IMG/VR virus record: IMGVR_UViG_3300030101_002520
Span: 32,001 to 96,000 of that record
Reading direction: 5' to 3' (one strand)
Length of the DNA stretch: 64,000 nt
Source: a virus
Shown here: positions 36,744-44,938 of the stretch, piece after piece
Position numbering within the stretch: position 1 is the first letter of the stretch
Layout of the letters: each line of letters starts with the position of its first letter
Notes under the pieces: generated by a model
Databases searched by the model: none
The model's input: the letters and a program-made list of their open reading frames with translations, nothing else
What the model was told of the DNA's origin: nothing
Translations under genes and position numbers: made by a program

Positions 36744-36842
36744 ATGAAAAAATTTTTATGTAAATTATTATGTATAGTTAGTTTTAACTATATATGTTTA
36801 AAATGGTGTGATGACAAATCATGCTGCAAAGACAAGTGTTAA
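36744..36842 (+). CDS. 32-aa Cys-rich microprotein (not in ORF track)
   Basis: MKKFLCKLLCIVSFNYICLKWCDDKSCCKDKC*. Starts 1 nt after the previous stop and fills the gap. Confidence 0.55.
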   Translation: MKKFLCKLLCIVSFNYICLKWCDDKSCCKDKC

Positions 36843-36862
36843 ATTAAATAAATTTAAGAAAT

Positions 36863-37234
36863 ATGGCAACTTTAACGAGTATAATTCAACTTTCTACAAG
36901 TGGTGTAGCAAAAGATAGAGTAAATTTTACATGTTCTAAAATATCAAATGTAAAAAATCCTGCTATCCAAACTGGTACTTTAGATATTTCAACTATTGCT
37001 ACTATAGCTACTGCACCGGCAGGAACAAGTTCAAGTGATGGAATGTACATGTATGTAAGAAATTTAGACCCTACAGCTCATTTAGATCTTACTTTTGATA
37101 GTAACAATACATTAAAAGTAGGACCAGGTGAAATGAGTTTTTTCTGTGTACATGATTCTAGAGTAGTAAAAGGTACTGCTAGTACTGGAACTATAAAGGT
37201 TGAATACGGCACATGGACATTAGATAAGTATTAA
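36863..37234 (+). CDS. Small beta-sandwich putative virion protein, paralog 4
   Basis: MATLTSIIQL..MYVRN..VGPGEMSFF..VEYGTW. Confidence 0.6.
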   Translation: MATLTSIIQLSTSGVAKDRVNFTCSKISNVKNPAIQTGTLDISTIATIATAPAGTSSSDGMYMYVRNLDPTAHLDLTFDSNNTLKVGPGEMSFFCVHDSRVVKGTASTGTIKVEYGTWTLDKY

Positions 37235-37252
37235 AAGTAATACTTATTTAAT

Positions 37253-40234
37253 ATGAGACAACTAATATTCTTTTTATTAGTTCCTTTTCTCTTGTTTTCA
37301 CAAGAGTCTTGGATAAATGTGCAGTTATTAACAGATGATTATCCAGAAGAAACATCTTGGACTATAACTCCTCCAGGTGGATCACCAATTATTGCACAGT
37401 CTGATTCTATAATGCAAGATCAAACTTTGTATGATACAATAGTTGATCTTGGAGGAACTATTATTTTTTCTTTATTTGATGAATATGGAGATGGATTAGG
37501 TGGCTTTAATGGTTCACCAGAAGGATGGCTTTTAGTACAAAATGATTGTCAAGATACTATATTATATGTAGCAGGTGATTTTGGTTTTGATTATATAGAT
37601 ACATTAACCATAGCTCCCTGTGCTCCCCCTCTTGCTGGATGTCTAGATTCTTTAGCAATAAACTTTAATCCTCTTGCAACTGTAGATGATGGCTCATGTG
37701 AGTATCCAGGTTGTGATGGGATTCTTACATCTAATGCATATGATATATGTATAGGTGGAGGAACACAAACACAAATTATATTTGAATGGACATTAGATGA
37801 TTACAATCCTAATTGTGAAGTAACTAATGTTATTGTATCAAATGAAGAAGGTTTAGGTCCTCTAAATCTTCCACCAGCTCCCGTAAATAACTTTGGCTTT
37901 ATAGCAGGTAATGGACAAATGCCACCTAACTGGAGTGTAGAGCACTACTGTGTATTAGAATTTCTAGATGGTTCTATATCTGATACAATAGTTTATACAC
38001 CATCTCCATGTATTGCTGGTTGCACAGATCCCACACAAATAGCTTATAACCCATGGGCAACATTTGATGATGGTACTTGTACAGGAACATCTTGTGATAC
38101 AACATCTCAGTATCAGATTACAATGGAGATTATGTTTGACAACTGGCCAGGTGAAACAGGTTGGACAATGGTAACCAATTCTGGACAAGATATGCAAATG
38201 CCAAATGGGTCATATAACTTTCAAGATATAGGACAAACATATACTTATACATTTTGTGTAGATCAAGTTGCACCATGGGAATTAATTGTTACAGATGATT
38301 ATGGTGATGGTATGGCTGGATCTTCTTCAGGAGGTAATATGGATGGTACAATTGTAGTTTATGATTGTGCTGGAGATACTTTATGGAATATGGATAATCC
38401 TGGTTTTGGTGATGTATTATACTCAGGAGCACAAAATGCAAACCCCTGTCCTACTGTACCAACAATACCCGGTTGTGTAGATGATGATTATGTTGAGTTT
38501 AACCCAGAAGCCAATGAAGATGATGGATCATGTGCTACACTACATACTTATGGTTGTATTAATCCAAATGCTTTTAATTATGATCCTAGCGCAACTATAA
38601 TGGATTTAGTTCCAGACTGCAACTATGAACTATGGATAGGTGATGCAGGTGGTGATGGTTGGGGTAATTCTTACTTGGGAATTATGCAGAATGGTCTCAT
38701 AATAGGTACATATACAATGGGTCCAGGATCTTATGAACAAACATTTGGTCTTATACTAGATCCAGGTGTGCCAGTTGAAGTATATTACTTTGAGGTAGGA
38801 GGGCCACAGCAACCACCTCAAGAAGTAGAGTTTCAAACCTGGCACAATTCATTTAAGCTAACCAATGCTAATGGTGTTGAGCTAATGTATGAAGGTTATA
38901 ATCCATTTGCAGATAATGGTCAAGGTGCTTTACAAAACTTTACATCTCCTTTCTGGACAAAGTATATAGAGATACCCTTTTGTGGGACATACTGTATACC
39001 TACAGTTGTTGGTTGTTTAGATCCAACAGCATATAATTATAATGAAGAAGCTAACACTGATGACGGATCATGTGAACCTATAGTAGAGGGATGTACAAAT
39101 GATTTAGCATTTAACTACAATCCAGAAGCTAATGTAGATGATGATTCTTGTGTAGCTCTTGTAGTTGGATGTACTGATTCTTCTGCTTGGAACTACAATG
39201 CAGATGCAAATGAGGATGACGGTGCTTGTATATACCTAGGTTGCACTGACTCTTCAGCATGTAACTATAATCCAGGTGCAAATGCAGATAGTGGAGGATG
39301 CACTTATCCTGATCAATACTATAATTGCAGTGATGTATGCATAAATGATACTGACTCAGATGGAATTTGTGATGAGCTTGAAATACTAGGGTGTACTAGT
39401 GTAGCTGCTATTAACTATATGCCGGAAGCAACTGATGATGACGGCAGTTGTGTTGGTATAGTATACGGTTGTACAGATCCCACTGCTTTTAATTATGACG
39501 CTACAGCTAATACAGACAATGGTTCATGTGTGCCTGTAATATATGGATGTATAGATAGTACAGCATTCAACTATGATCCAACTGCTAACACAGATAATGG
39601 CACTTGTATAGAATTTGTATATGGTTGCATAGATGAAACAGCTCTTAACTATGATCCACTAGCAAATACTTTAGATAACTCTTGTTGTTATCTTGGAGGT
39701 TGTACTGATGCTACTGCACTAAACTATGATGAAGATGCTTGTTTTGATGATGGTAGTTGTGTAGTTATAATAGAAGGATGTGCTGACCCTAATGCATACA
39801 ACTATGATCCGCTAGTTAACTTACCAGACAATAGTGTTTGTTTATATGATGCTGGTTGCTATGGTGGACCTGGAGAACCTTATTGGTTAAATGATCCTTG
39901 TTATGCTTGGGTTATAGATATAGATGGCTATTGTTGTACTGAACTATGGGATGAAACTTGTCAATCAATGTATAACTACTGTGAAGATGGTTGGCCTGTA
40001 GATCTAGATGAGTTATCAGGTAGTGATATAATTGTTTATCCTAACCCTACAGCAAACACATTTACTATAGAAACAAGATTAAATGTAGATGTAGAACTTT
40101 ATAACATAGTAGGAGAGCTTATACAAACAAATAATATTAAAAGAATAGATTTATCAGATTATCCAAATGGTATGTATAATTTGATTATTACATATGATAA
40201 AATAAGAATAACTAAGAAGATAATTAAACTATAA
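37253..40234 (+). CDS. T9SS type-A sorting-domain cargo protein with 14 Cys-flanked GCxDxxAxNYxxxAxxDDGSC repeats
   Basis: Signal peptide FS|Q. Repeated DxYPxETxW...DxYGDG modules. CTD IIVYPNPT...LYNIVG...IDLSDYPNGMYNLII...TKKIIKL. Confidence 0.88.
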   Translation: MRQLIFFLLVPFLLFSQESWINVQLLTDDYPEETSWTITPPGGSPIIAQSDSIMQDQTLYDTIVDLGGTIIFSLFDEYGDGLGGFNGSPEGWLLVQNDCQDTILYVAGDFGFDYIDTLTIAPCAPPLAGCLDSLAINFNPLATVDDGSCEYPGCDGILTSNAYDICIGGGTQTQIIFEWTLDDYNPNCEVTNVIVSNEEGLGPLNLPPAPVNNFGFIAGNGQMPPNWSVEHYCVLEFLDGSISDTIVYTPSPCIAGCTDPTQIAYNPWATFDDGTCTGTSCDTTSQYQITMEIMFDNWPGETGWTMVTNSGQDMQMPNGSYNFQDIGQTYTYTFCVDQVAPWELIVTDDYGDGMAGSSSGGNMDGTIVVYDCAGDTLWNMDNPGFGDVLYSGAQNANPCPTVPTIPGCVDDDYVEFNPEANEDDGSCATLHTYGCINPNAFNYDPSATIMDLVPDCNYELWIGDAGGDGWGNSYLGIMQNGLIIGTYTMGPGSYEQTFGLILDPGVPVEVYYFEVGGPQQPPQEVEFQTWHNSFKLTNANGVELMYEGYNPFADNGQGALQNFTSPFWTKYIEIPFCGTYCIPTVVGCLDPTAYNYNEEANTDDGSCEPIVEGCTNDLAFNYNPEANVDDDSCVALVVGCTDSSAWNYNADANEDDGACIYLGCTDSSACNYNPGANADSGGCTYPDQYYNCSDVCINDTDSDGICDELEILGCTSVAAINYMPEATDDDGSCVGIVYGCTDPTAFNYDATANTDNGSCVPVIYGCIDSTAFNYDPTANTDNGTCIEFVYGCIDETALNYDPLANTLDNSCCYLGGCTDATALNYDEDACFDDGSCVVIIEGCADPNAYNYDPLVNLPDNSVCLYDAGCYGGPGEPYWLNDPCYAWVIDIDGYCCTELWDETCQSMYNYCEDGWPVDLDELSGSDIIVYPNPTANTFTIETRLNVDVELYNIVGELIQTNNIKRIDLSDYPNGMYNLIITYDKIRITKKIIKL

Positions 40235-41292
40235 TGAGAACAGTTCTTTACATATTACTACTTCTATCATTCACGATAAACGCACAAGAAGAAAATAAAT
40301 TTAAAAAAGAACTTAAAAAAACTTTTAAATTCTCTACATTCTATGCTGCAGTAAACGGTGGTACTTCTATTTCAGATCAGAATACATATTCTATATTAGA
40401 TGGACTTCAAACCGATGTAATAGAAACTCCATTTGATTACGCACTAACTTTAGGTGTAAGAAAGATACAAAGATTTGGATACGAGAACAAGGCTAACACA
40501 TTCAAGGATGGCACAGAGTCTTCATACTCTGATGCCGCTACTATTGGACGAACTAGAGGGTTTGAGTTTTTGTTTGAGGCAGATTACAAAAGACAACAAG
40601 GTGACTCTTATGTAGACCAACATCACTTCTTACGATACCTAGCAGACAAATGGGTTGTTAAGGTAGAGTATCTACAAGACGGTTTTGCTGATGTAGAGTA
40701 TCTAGAAGCATCACAACGATATAGACAAAAGATAGGCAAAAGATTTTCACTTACTGCAGGGGCAGCACAAAGGATATCCGAACCATATGGTTATGATCCT
40801 CTAGCTGAATGGGTATTATCTAACGGAAACATACACTACACAAACCTTGCTTTAGAAGAAGGGTACACCATTGCATTTGACCCAACAGGAATAGAGTATC
40901 TATCTCCTAATGGATCTGTTGCAGCTACAAGTACAGAAGTCTGGGAAGAGGTTGTTATACCTCAAGTTATAGATGACTATGTTAAAGCAAGCAAAGATGC
41001 ACTCCCTGTACAATGGTGTCACTCTCTTGTAGTAGGTCTTGATTATTACTACTACACTAAGAAGATCTGGTTACACTCATGGGCAAATGTGCTCCCTTAT
41101 CACCTCAATACTGGGGGTGAATACTCATATCATAATTTCAATGGTGGTAATTGGATAGATTATTCTGGCGGATTAATCTTTGGATATAAGATTAACAGGA
41201 ACCTTGGAATCTTTATTGAAGGTAAATACAATAAGTATTGGAATAGAGATTGGCATGACTTCAAGTTTGGAATAAATTATATCATTCTTTAA
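40234..41292 (+). CDS. Putative outer-membrane beta-barrel protein
   Basis: Signal peptide INA|Q. Alternating aromatic amphipathic strands, C-terminal FKFGINYIIL. TAATG-coupled to the T9SS cargo. Confidence 0.7.
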   Translation: MRTVLYILLLLSFTINAQEENKFKKELKKTFKFSTFYAAVNGGTSISDQNTYSILDGLQTDVIETPFDYALTLGVRKIQRFGYENKANTFKDGTESSYSDAATIGRTRGFEFLFEADYKRQQGDSYVDQHHFLRYLADKWVVKVEYLQDGFADVEYLEASQRYRQKIGKRFSLTAGAAQRISEPYGYDPLAEWVLSNGNIHYTNLALEEGYTIAFDPTGIEYLSPNGSVAATSTEVWEEVVIPQVIDDYVKASKDALPVQWCHSLVVGLDYYYYTKKIWLHSWANVLPYHLNTGGEYSYHNFNGGNWIDYSGGLIFGYKINRNLGIFIEGKYNKYWNRDWHDFKFGINYIIL

Positions 41293-41309
41293 TTTCTAGG
41301 TATTTTTTT

Positions 41310-41318
41310 GTATATTAT
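41310..41318 (+). promoter_or_regulatory. Putative late promoter motif GTATATTAT
   Basis: Intergenic, upstream of the ATG at 41342. Confidence 0.65.
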
Positions 41319-41341
41319 TATATAACCAAAACCGTATTTAT

Positions 41342-41491
41342 ATGAACTGGATAAACAGTTGGCGTGAGGGAAACAAGAAGAATATTGTTGATCTTACATT
41401 TAGATTTGGGGTATTAACCCTGTTTGAATTAAATTGGAACCCGAAGAAAAGCTTCAGGTTAATAGTATTAAACTTTGGATTTGAAATATAA
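41342..41491 (+). CDS. 49-aa hypothetical protein (not in ORF track)
   Basis: MNWINSWREGNKKNIVDLTFRFGVLTLFELNWNPKKSFRLIVLNFGFEI*, downstream of the promoter motif. Confidence 0.6.
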   Translation: MNWINSWREGNKKNIVDLTFRFGVLTLFELNWNPKKSFRLIVLNFGFEI

Positions 41492-41562
41492 TGTGTGTGT
41501 GCCCAATATGTGTTATAGTAGCAGCTGTTGCTATAGTAAGTTATAAGCTAATTAAAACATAA
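41491..41562 (+). CDS. 23-aa CxCPxC + TM microprotein (not in ORF track)
   Basis: MCVCPICVIVAAVAIVSYKLIKT*. TAATG-coupled to the preceding ORF. Confidence 0.45.
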   Translation: MCVCPICVIVAAVAIVSYKLIKT

Positions 41563-41566
41563 TATT

Positions 41567-41797
41567 ATGATGAAAGGATTAAAAAATGTTATGGTCACTG
41601 ATCAAAGAACTCAGATGACTTTTTGTGCAAGCTGTAAAAGCTGTCCTGCAATTGATATTTCCAAAGACTCAGACAAAGTTATTGTTGGAGGTGATGACGA
41701 AGGTTACACTGAGTTCACCAAAGATCAATTTGCTTTGTTTGTGAAAACAGTTAAGGAAGGTATGTATGATAAGTACCTTCCTGAAACTAAAGATTAA
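41567..41797 (+). CDS. Small Cys-containing protein, possibly DUF397-like
   Basis: CASCKSCPAIDI...VIV...EFTKDQFALFVKTVKEG resembles the DUF397 pattern CVEVA..V.V..L.FT..EW.AF..VK.G. Confidence 0.45.
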   Translation: MMKGLKNVMVTDQRTQMTFCASCKSCPAIDISKDSDKVIVGGDDEGYTEFTKDQFALFVKTVKEGMYDKYLPETKD

Positions 41798-41799
41798 AG

Positions 41800-42060
41800 A
41801 TGGCAAAAAAGTGGATACAGGATGCAATAAAGAAACCGGGATCTTTAACAGCAGCAGCTAAAAGAGAGGGTAAAAGTATTACAGAATATTGTAAGACACC
41901 ACCTTCCACTAAAGCAAAACAAAGGTGTAATTTAGCTAATACCTTAAGAAAAATAGCTAAGAAAAGAAAAAAGAAAGCTTGTGGCGGATCAGTTATGTTT
42001 TGTGGTGGAGAATATCATTCACCAGTTAAACAAGCTGTAGGCCCAAATAAAATTTTATAA
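41800..42060 (+). CDS. Small basic phage protein with CGG motifs and VGPNKIL tail
   Basis: KWIQDAIKKPGSL...RCNLANTL N-domain, and KACGGSVMFCGG...AVGPNKIL. Confidence 0.65.
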   Translation: MAKKWIQDAIKKPGSLTAAAKREGKSITEYCKTPPSTKAKQRCNLANTLRKIAKKRKKKACGGSVMFCGGEYHSPVKQAVGPNKIL

Positions 42061-42062
42061 CT

Positions 42063-42437
42063 ATGGCAGCAAAAGGCCCACTAAGAAATATGTTACTTAG
42101 GCTTTTAGGTAAAAGTAAAAATGTTACTACAAACGTTCCTACAGGCCCTATTAAAGGAAGTCTTGATGAAAGTTTTCAAAAATTTGTTATAAAAAATAAC
42201 ATGTTAAATCAAAAAGGATTTTTTGGACCAGGTGGTTATAGAGGAGGTGTAGATAATTTTCAAAAAAGAATAGATCAATTAAAACTTAATACAAAACCTA
42301 AAATGACTTTGGAGGAGTATCAAAGGAGTATTGATAACTTAAGATTACCAGATAATCCACCAAATTCAGGTAAACAATTGGATTTATTTAAAGATAAAAA
42401 AAAGGGTGGAAGCGTAGGACCAAATGGAGTGTTATGA
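42063..42437 (+). CDS. Small basic protein with KKGGSVGPNGVL tail
   Basis: 124-aa ORF with an amphipathic N-helix. Confidence 0.6.
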   Translation: MAAKGPLRNMLLRLLGKSKNVTTNVPTGPIKGSLDESFQKFVIKNNMLNQKGFFGPGGYRGGVDNFQKRIDQLKLNTKPKMTLEEYQRSIDNLRLPDNPPNSGKQLDLFKDKKKGGSVGPNGVL

Positions 42438-42685
42438 AACTATTTAATAAGTTAAGGAAAAGAAGAATAAGTAATAAGATTAATAAACTTAATCAGGAGA
42501 CTGAAAATCTTCAAGGTAAAGGTTATGGTGTATTTCAACCTGCATGGAATGAAGGTGGTAAACAAATTGTAAAGAATACAAAGAAAGTAATGGATTTACA
42601 AGATAAATTAAAAAAGTTAAGTAAAAAACATTGCGGTGGAGGTATGATGTGTGGAGGTGCTGTAGGACCAAATGGTATATTATGA
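42434..42685 (+). CDS. Small basic protein with CGGGMMCGGAVGPNGIL tail
   Basis: 83-aa ORF with ATGA overlaps at both ends. Confidence 0.6.
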   Translation: MKLFNKLRKRRISNKINKLNQETENLQGKGYGVFQPAWNEGGKQIVKNTKKVMDLQDKLKKLSKKHCGGGMMCGGAVGPNGIL

Positions 42686-43182
42686 AAAAATTAATTACAT
42701 TTTTATTACTAGCACTAACTGCACTAGTTTATGGGCAAGATAAAAATGTAAGACCAATAGATGTAGTAGAGAATATAAGTGTATACTTTGTAGACACAGC
42801 TTATTATAAGTCTTTGACACTTGACTCACTACATATACAAAATGTAACTGAGTTTGTTTATGTATCAAACGCAGTAGCTGACACACTAGTTGTGCCTGTT
42901 ATAGAATTTGTTGAGAGAGTTACAGTTGATACGCTACACATACACGTACCTGAATGCAGAGTAGAATATGTAGAAGTGTATGTAACCGAAGAATTATTGA
43001 TGCAGGATACTATTGTAGAGATAGAATTTAAAAATGCACTTATAAGTTCTAACTCAGGAGTTCAAGAGATTTTAGATAAATCTTTTGGTAATAATATACT
43101 ATATGATCTTCAAGGTAATCAAATAAGAAGACCAATGGGAGTTTATATAGAGAATGGTAAAATAAAGTATATAAAAATTTAA
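42682..43182 (+). CDS. Secreted protein with short T9SS-like C-terminal domain (start revised to 42682)
   Basis: MKKLITFLLLALTALVYG|Q signal peptide. V/D/T-rich beta repeats (DTA, DSL, DTL, DTL, DTI). Tail ILYDLQGNQIRRPMGVYIENGKIKYIKI. Confidence 0.7.
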   Translation: MKKLITFLLLALTALVYGQDKNVRPIDVVENISVYFVDTAYYKSLTLDSLHIQNVTEFVYVSNAVADTLVVPVIEFVERVTVDTLHIHVPECRVEYVEVYVTEELLMQDTIVEIEFKNALISSNSGVQEILDKSFGNNILYDLQGNQIRRPMGVYIENGKIKYIKI

Positions 43183-43193
43183 AATTTAAAGTT

Positions 43194-43916
43194 ATGCCCG
43201 CAAATATGAAAAAATCTGGAATGTCATACAAGAAAGGAGGTTCCAAAAAAATGTACGGAGGTACAATGAAAAAAAAGAAAATGTATGGAGGAACCATGAA
43301 AAAGAAAATGTATGGTGGCTCCAAAAAGAAAATGATGAAGAAAGGTGGAATGATGAAAGCTAATAAAGGTTTAGAGAAATTAGCTGAAGCAAATCCTGAG
43401 CTTACGTATACAAAAAAAATGTATGGTGGTATGGCTAATCCAAACAAAGATGAAATGATGATGTATGGTGGTGCTATGTATAAAAAGATGATGAAGATGG
43501 CAGGTGGTCCAATGATGAATGAAGAAGGAATGAAAGTACCAGGTATGATGAAAGCTGGTGGTGGATTAAGAAAAATGCCAGGTGGTGGTTACATGAGAGA
43601 TATGGATCTACCTAAAGCACAGTCTGGACTTTTTACAAAAGGTCTTAAAGGAATAGCAAAAAAATTGGGAAAAGGTAAAATAACAAATCCAAGCACAATA
43701 GATAATGTGAATGTGAAGAAAACTCTTTTTCAAGGTGTAAATAAGAAAGGTGAACAGGTTTTTAAATTAGGAACAGATGGTAATGTATTTACAAAAAAAG
43801 ATAATGCAATGGCTCCTTTTTTACAGAATAAGGCAAAGATCTTAGAAATATTAAGGGGAAACAATCCTACAAAAAATAAAGTTTATAAAAAAGGAACTTT
43901 ATATGGTCCTAAATAA
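43194..43916 (+). CDS. Met/Lys/Gly-rich low-complexity protein with tandem KMYGG repeats
   Basis: Ten xxGG motifs (five MYGG), then LPKAQSG and a basic C-domain. Confidence 0.7.
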   Translation: MPANMKKSGMSYKKGGSKKMYGGTMKKKKMYGGTMKKKMYGGSKKKMMKKGGMMKANKGLEKLAEANPELTYTKKMYGGMANPNKDEMMMYGGAMYKKMMKMAGGPMMNEEGMKVPGMMKAGGGLRKMPGGGYMRDMDLPKAQSGLFTKGLKGIAKKLGKGKITNPSTIDNVNVKKTLFQGVNKKGEQVFKLGTDGNVFTKKDNAMAPFLQNKAKILEILRGNNPTKNKVYKKGTLYGPK

Positions 43917-43928
43917 AAAAAATAAACT

Positions 43929-44324
43929 ATGAGTATACTAAAAAAGATTTTTTCAGGTGCCGGAAGCAACCTGGTAGAATCAGTTGGCGGTGTGATTGAT
44001 AATTTAGTAACAACAGATGAGGAAAAATTAGAAGCCAAAAGAAAACTAAAAGAACTCATTATGAGTCATGAGGCTCAGATGGAGAAGAACATAACTGACC
44101 GTTGGACAGCAGATATGAACTCTGACTCCTGGCTGAGTAAAAATGTAAGACCCATGGTTCTTATATTTTTAATTGTATGTACTATGCTATTGATCTTTAT
44201 TGATGCTGGTGCACTTACGTTTACAGTAGAAGAGAAGTGGACAGATCTTTTACAATTAGTTTTAATTACAGTAATAGGTGCATATTTTGGTGGCCGTTCT
44301 GTAGAAAAATTTAAAAAGAAATGA
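43929..44324 (+). CDS. Holin, GTA 3TM-holin-like family
   Basis: VGGVIDNLVTTDEEKLEAK...DSWLSKNVRPMVL + TM...VIGAYFGGRSVEK. Confidence 0.8.
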   Translation: MSILKKIFSGAGSNLVESVGGVIDNLVTTDEEKLEAKRKLKELIMSHEAQMEKNITDRWTADMNSDSWLSKNVRPMVLIFLIVCTMLLIFIDAGALTFTVEEKWTDLLQLVLITVIGAYFGGRSVEKFKKK

Positions 44325-44938
44325 GAAAAATAAAAAAAGAATTACCTAAAGCACAGAGAGGTTATCTTGGGAGACAAGTTGCAAAAATTCTTGGTTTTAG
44401 TGATGAAGCTTTAGAAGCAGCTAGAAAAAAACAAGCACAAATAAATAAGAGGAAGCCTACTAATAAGAATACTAATAAAAGTAAAATTAATACAAATAAA
44501 AAGAAGAAGAGTAATAAACAATCTTTTCTTGATAAGCAATTTGAGTTTAAAAGTCCTAGTTTACGTCAACTAAATCCACTTAGGATAATTAACCCAGGAA
44601 TACCAAATACTGCTAGGTTTATTAAAAAAAATCCTCTTGGTACTGGTGCACTTGGCCTTTCTTTAGCGGCATATTTAAGATCAAGACAACCTGGTATTGA
44701 TCCAGTACAACCTATAGAAAATTTTAATATTCCAAGTAACTTTAGTAATGATTTTAATATAAGCAGAAATACTGAAGCTCCAAATGTAAATTTAGATAGT
44801 ATTTTGCGTAGTCAAGACTTGTTAAATTTTGATAAGAAAGGTGGACGTGTTAAAGCTAGAGGTGGTAAAACAGCTCCGGGTATGAGAAAACAAGGTGGTG
44901 GTCTTAAGATAGACCGTAATGGTAAATACTACAGGTAA
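44321..44938 (+). CDS. Basic protein with LPKAQRG N-motif and KKGG/ARGG/KQGGG tail
   Basis: 205-aa ORF with an internal NPLG + hydrophobic helix. Confidence 0.6.
   Translation: MRKIKKELPKAQRGYLGRQVAKILGFSDEALEAARKKQAQINKRKPTNKNTNKSKINTNKKKKSNKQSFLDKQFEFKSPSLRQLNPLRIINPGIPNTARFIKKNPLGTGALGLSLAAYLRSRQPGIDPVQPIENFNIPSNFSNDFNISRNTEAPNVNLDSILRSQDLLNFDKKGGRVKARGGKTAPGMRKQGGGLKIDRNGKYYR

Noticed and set aside
42631-42681. ORF-track N-terminal extension MRWRYDVWRCC...
   Set aside because: Overlaps the upstream gene. The ATG at 42682 gives a clean signal peptide and ATGA coupling.
42675-42683. GTATATTAT copy at the end of the 83-aa gene
   Set aside because: Encodes G-I-L of the VGPNGIL tail, overlaps the next ATG and lacks the upstream T/A tract. 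Likely coincidental.
41800-44938. Double-glycine bacteriocin precursors as an explanation for the GG motifs
   Set aside because: No ELS..EL..I.GG leader consensus and no C39 peptidase/ABC exporter. The motifs are often C-terminal.
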